Below are positions 61,600-64,000 of a stretch of DNA of 64,000 bases, piece by piece. Below the pieces are notes generated by a model. That model was not told the origin of the DNA, made no database searches, and saw nothing but the letters and a program-made list of their open reading frames with translations. The first letter of the stretch is position 1, and each line of letters starts with the position of its first letter. Source of the stretch: an uncultured Gemmatimonadaceae bacterium (GTDB lineage: Bacteria; Gemmatimonadota; Gemmatimonadetes; Gemmatimonadales; Gemmatimonadaceae); the NCBI GenBank assembly GCA_963817955.1, contig CAWFQK010000004.1, positions 352,001 to 416,000 of the forward strand, written 5' to 3'. Made by a program: the position numbers and the translations under genes.

Positions 61600-62907
61600 T
61601 TAGGCGTAGATACCGCGCAGGCGGTGTACCGTGGCCACGCGGCTGATCGACACCATGTAGGCCGCCGTCCGCATGTTCACCTTGTGCTGCTTCGAGAGCT
61701 GCAAGACGGCATCGAAGCTGTTCCGCATGATGTCGGTGAGCCGCTCGTTGACGACGGCTTCCGTCCAGAAATAGCCGCCGCGATCCTGCACCCACTCGAA
61801 GTAGGATACCGTCACGCCGCCGGCATTGGCGAGAATGTCGGGAATCACGAACACGCCCTTCTCGTCGAGAATGGAGTCGGCACCAGCCGTGGTCGGGCCG
61901 TTCGCACCCTCGCAAATGATCTTGGCGCGGATCTTCCCGGCGTTCCTGCTGGTGATGACGTTCTCCATCGCGGCGGGCACCAGGACGTCCACGTCCAACA
62001 CGAGCAGCTCTTCGTTGGTGATCTGATCGCCACCCGTGAAGCCTTCGAGCGTCCGCACCTGGCGAACGTGCTTGATTGCCGCCTCGATGTCGATGCCGTT
62101 CTTGTTGTAATACCCGCCGGTGCGATCGCTGATCGCCACGATCTTGGCCCCTTCGCGTTGCAGCAAGTCCGCCGCCACAGAGCCCACGTTGCCGAAGCCC
62201 TGCACGGCAATCGTCGTACCCTGGATTGGCATGCCGAGGTGCTGGAGTGCTTCCTTCGTCACAATCATGCACCCGCGACCGGTCGCTTCGCGGCGACCCA
62301 GCGAGCCGCCCATTTCGATCGGCTTACCGGTGACGACGGCGGTGACCGTGTGGCCCACACGCATGGAGTACGTGTCCATCACCCAAGCCATCACGCGCTC
62401 GTTCGTGTTCACGTCGGGCGCCGGTACATCCGAGTCCGGACCAAGCGTGGCGATGATGCCAGTGGTGTAGCGGCGCGTCAGACGTTCGAGCTCACCGGCG
62501 CTCATCTGCAGCGGATCGCAGACGACGCCACCCTTAGCGCCGCCGAACGGCAGATTGACGACGGCGCACTTCCACGTCATCCATGCCGCCAACGCCTTCA
62601 CTTCTTCCATCGTGACTTGCAGGTCGAAGCGGATGCCGCCCTTGGCGGGACCGCGCGACGTGTTGTACAACACACGATGGCCGGTGAAGACTTCCACTTC
62701 ACCGTTGTCCATCATGACCGGGATCGAAATGGTGATCTGCTTTTCAGGGTGCCGCAGGACCTTGTACAGGCCGGGCTCGAGATCAAGCAATTCCGCCGCG
62801 CGATCGAAGCGCGACATCATCGCCTCAAAAGGGTTTTCTTCGTCGAGAAAACGGTCCTTATCGGGGCGGACGATTCTATCGGTTGGGAGTCGGAGATCGA
62901 TGGCCAT
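61600..62907 (-). CDS. gdhA: Glu/Leu/Phe/Val dehydrogenase (glutamate dehydrogenase)
   Basis: [34 protein letters not shown]. Confidence 0.93.
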   Translation of the reverse strand: MAIDLRLPTDRIVRPDKDRFLDEENPFEAMMSRFDRAAELLDLEPGLYKVLRHPEKQITISIPVMMDNGEVEVFTGHRVLYNTSRGPAKGGIRFDLQVTMEEVKALAAWMTWKCAVVNLPFGGAKGGVVCDPLQMSAGELERLTRRYTTGIIATLGPDSDVPAPDVNTNERVMAWVMDTYSMRVGHTVTAVVTGKPIEMGGSLGRREATGRGCMIVTKEALQHLGMPIQGTTIAVQGFGNVGSVAADLLQREGAKIVAISDRTGGYYNKNGIDIEAAIKHVRQVRTLEGFTGGDQITNEELLVLDVDVLVPAAMENVITSRNAGKIRAKIICEGANGPTTAGADSILDEKGVFVIPDILANAGGVTVSYFEWVQDRGGYFWTEAVVNERLTDIMRNSFDAVLQLSKQHKVNMRTAAYMVSISRVATVHRLRGIYA

Positions 62908-62930
62908 GAGGAAGCGAATCGGGGCCGGCG

Positions 62931-63977
62931 TCAGCCAGCAGTTGGAGACATTGGAGAGCGCGTATTGACGAGATCGTCAAGCAGCCGCTCTAGACCGCCA
63001 ACGCCACGCTCCACGATCACTTGCTGAGAAACATACCACAACGGCGGCGCAAGGCGAGGCCAGCGCGGCCCGAGCTTTACCGCATCCTTCAGCGTGCAAA
63101 CTGCCCACTCGCCGGCAGATAGACCAACGGCCAATCCCTGGACTTCCGCATCCGTAAATGCGTGATGATCCGGAAAGACTACGGCGCGCACCTGCGCGCC
63201 ACGTTGCTCGAGTTGGCGCACAAACGACTTTGGGTCGGCGATGGCAAGCACCGCCTTCACTGGCACACCACGGAGCGCGGCCAGCGACCGCGTCTCCGTG
63301 CTGCCGTATTGCCGGAGCGACGCCGGTTCCAGCCGTACCGTCACCCGCGGGATACCTGGCGCCACCTTCGACAGCCGTTCGTTGACGGCGTCCACGGTCT
63401 GCTCCGACACGGCCTTCCGGGTCACGATGATCATCGTCGCCCGTCGGATGGCCTTCAATGGCTCGCGCCACGGGCCGGCCGGCAGCAGCCGCATGTCGGA
63501 CGTCCACCGATCGGCGCTGACCAGGACCAGATCGGCCACGCGGGCGGCGCGCCGATGCTGGAACGCATCGTCGAGCACGGCGATGTCTGCTCCCCGGCGG
63601 GCAGCTTCCGCGATGGCGGCCACGCGATCGGCCGCGGCAATCACCGGCACGCCGGGGTTTAGAGTTTCATGAACGAGTGGCTCGTCCCCGCCATACCCGC
63701 GCAGCACGATCGCCGGATGTGCCCCGCGCGCCACCAGCCCGCTCGCAATCCAGGCAGCCACCGGCGTCTTTCCGGTACCGCCGACGGTCAGATTCCCAAT
63801 GCTCACGGCCGGAATGGCGGTCGCGTGCTCCGGGAGCCACCCGGCCTCGTACAGAATGTCCCGCGCGCCGACGATGCCGCCGAACACCCGCTCCGCCGGA
63901 AGCAGCACCGCGCGCGCGACACGTGCGAAGGCATCGCCGCCGTACCACACGCGCTCGACAATGCGTTGGTCAGACAC
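62931..63977 (-). CDS. lpxK: Tetraacyldisaccharide 4'-kinase
   Basis: [39 protein letters not shown]. Confidence 0.95.
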   Translation of the reverse strand: MSDQRIVERVWYGGDAFARVARAVLLPAERVFGGIVGARDILYEAGWLPEHATAIPAVSIGNLTVGGTGKTPVAAWIASGLVARGAHPAIVLRGYGGDEPLVHETLNPGVPVIAAADRVAAIAEAARRGADIAVLDDAFQHRRAARVADLVLVSADRWTSDMRLLPAGPWREPLKAIRRATMIIVTRKAVSEQTVDAVNERLSKVAPGIPRVTVRLEPASLRQYGSTETRSLAALRGVPVKAVLAIADPKSFVRQLEQRGAQVRAVVFPDHHAFTDAEVQGLAVGLSAGEWAVCTLKDAVKLGPRWPRLAPPLWYVSQQVIVERGVGGLERLLDDLVNTRSPMSPTAG

Positions 63978-64000
63978 CCGCGCGCGTCTCGGCTTGCGTC

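Overview
High-GC bacterial chromosomal segment made mostly of housekeeping genes. Gene content and order suggest Gemmatimonadota (inference, not verified). Bases 1-38.8 kb are all + strand: nuoLMN (indel-riddled near the window start), phosphomannomutase, UPF0182, carbamate kinase-sucCD-[PTS IIA/CBS]-ndk, yceD-rpmF-plsX-fabHDG-acpP-fabF-ispF-xerD, trpG, kdsB-pyrG-kdsACD-lptC-lptA-like-lptB-rpoN, a five-gene GT-A/GT-B/flippase/GT-C glycosylation cluster and dapF. Bases 44.6-64 kb are all - strand: lpxK, gdhA, rlmH, bshC, murJ, uvrC, thrC, larC, a TPR protein, DUF512, der, plsY, gpsA, merR, surE, pcm, acyP, apt. The two arms converge on a 28-bp dif-like XerCD site (38911-38938), so this is probably the replication terminus. 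Next to it is a ~5 kb decaying accessory patch: a ClC-CBS gene broken by a TTAA duplication, tRNA-Arg(CCT), a Crp/Fnr remnant, a Cys-rich nitronate-monooxygenase-like gene, a dctA remnant, and one copy of a ~112-bp dispersed repeat whose second copy is at 57.7 kb. I saw no CRISPR array, prophage, transposase or defence system. The best novelty candidates are the dispersed repeat, the carbamate kinase-SucCD-EIIA/CBS-NDK module, the atypical Lpt proteins and the glycosylation cluster. All are hypotheses.
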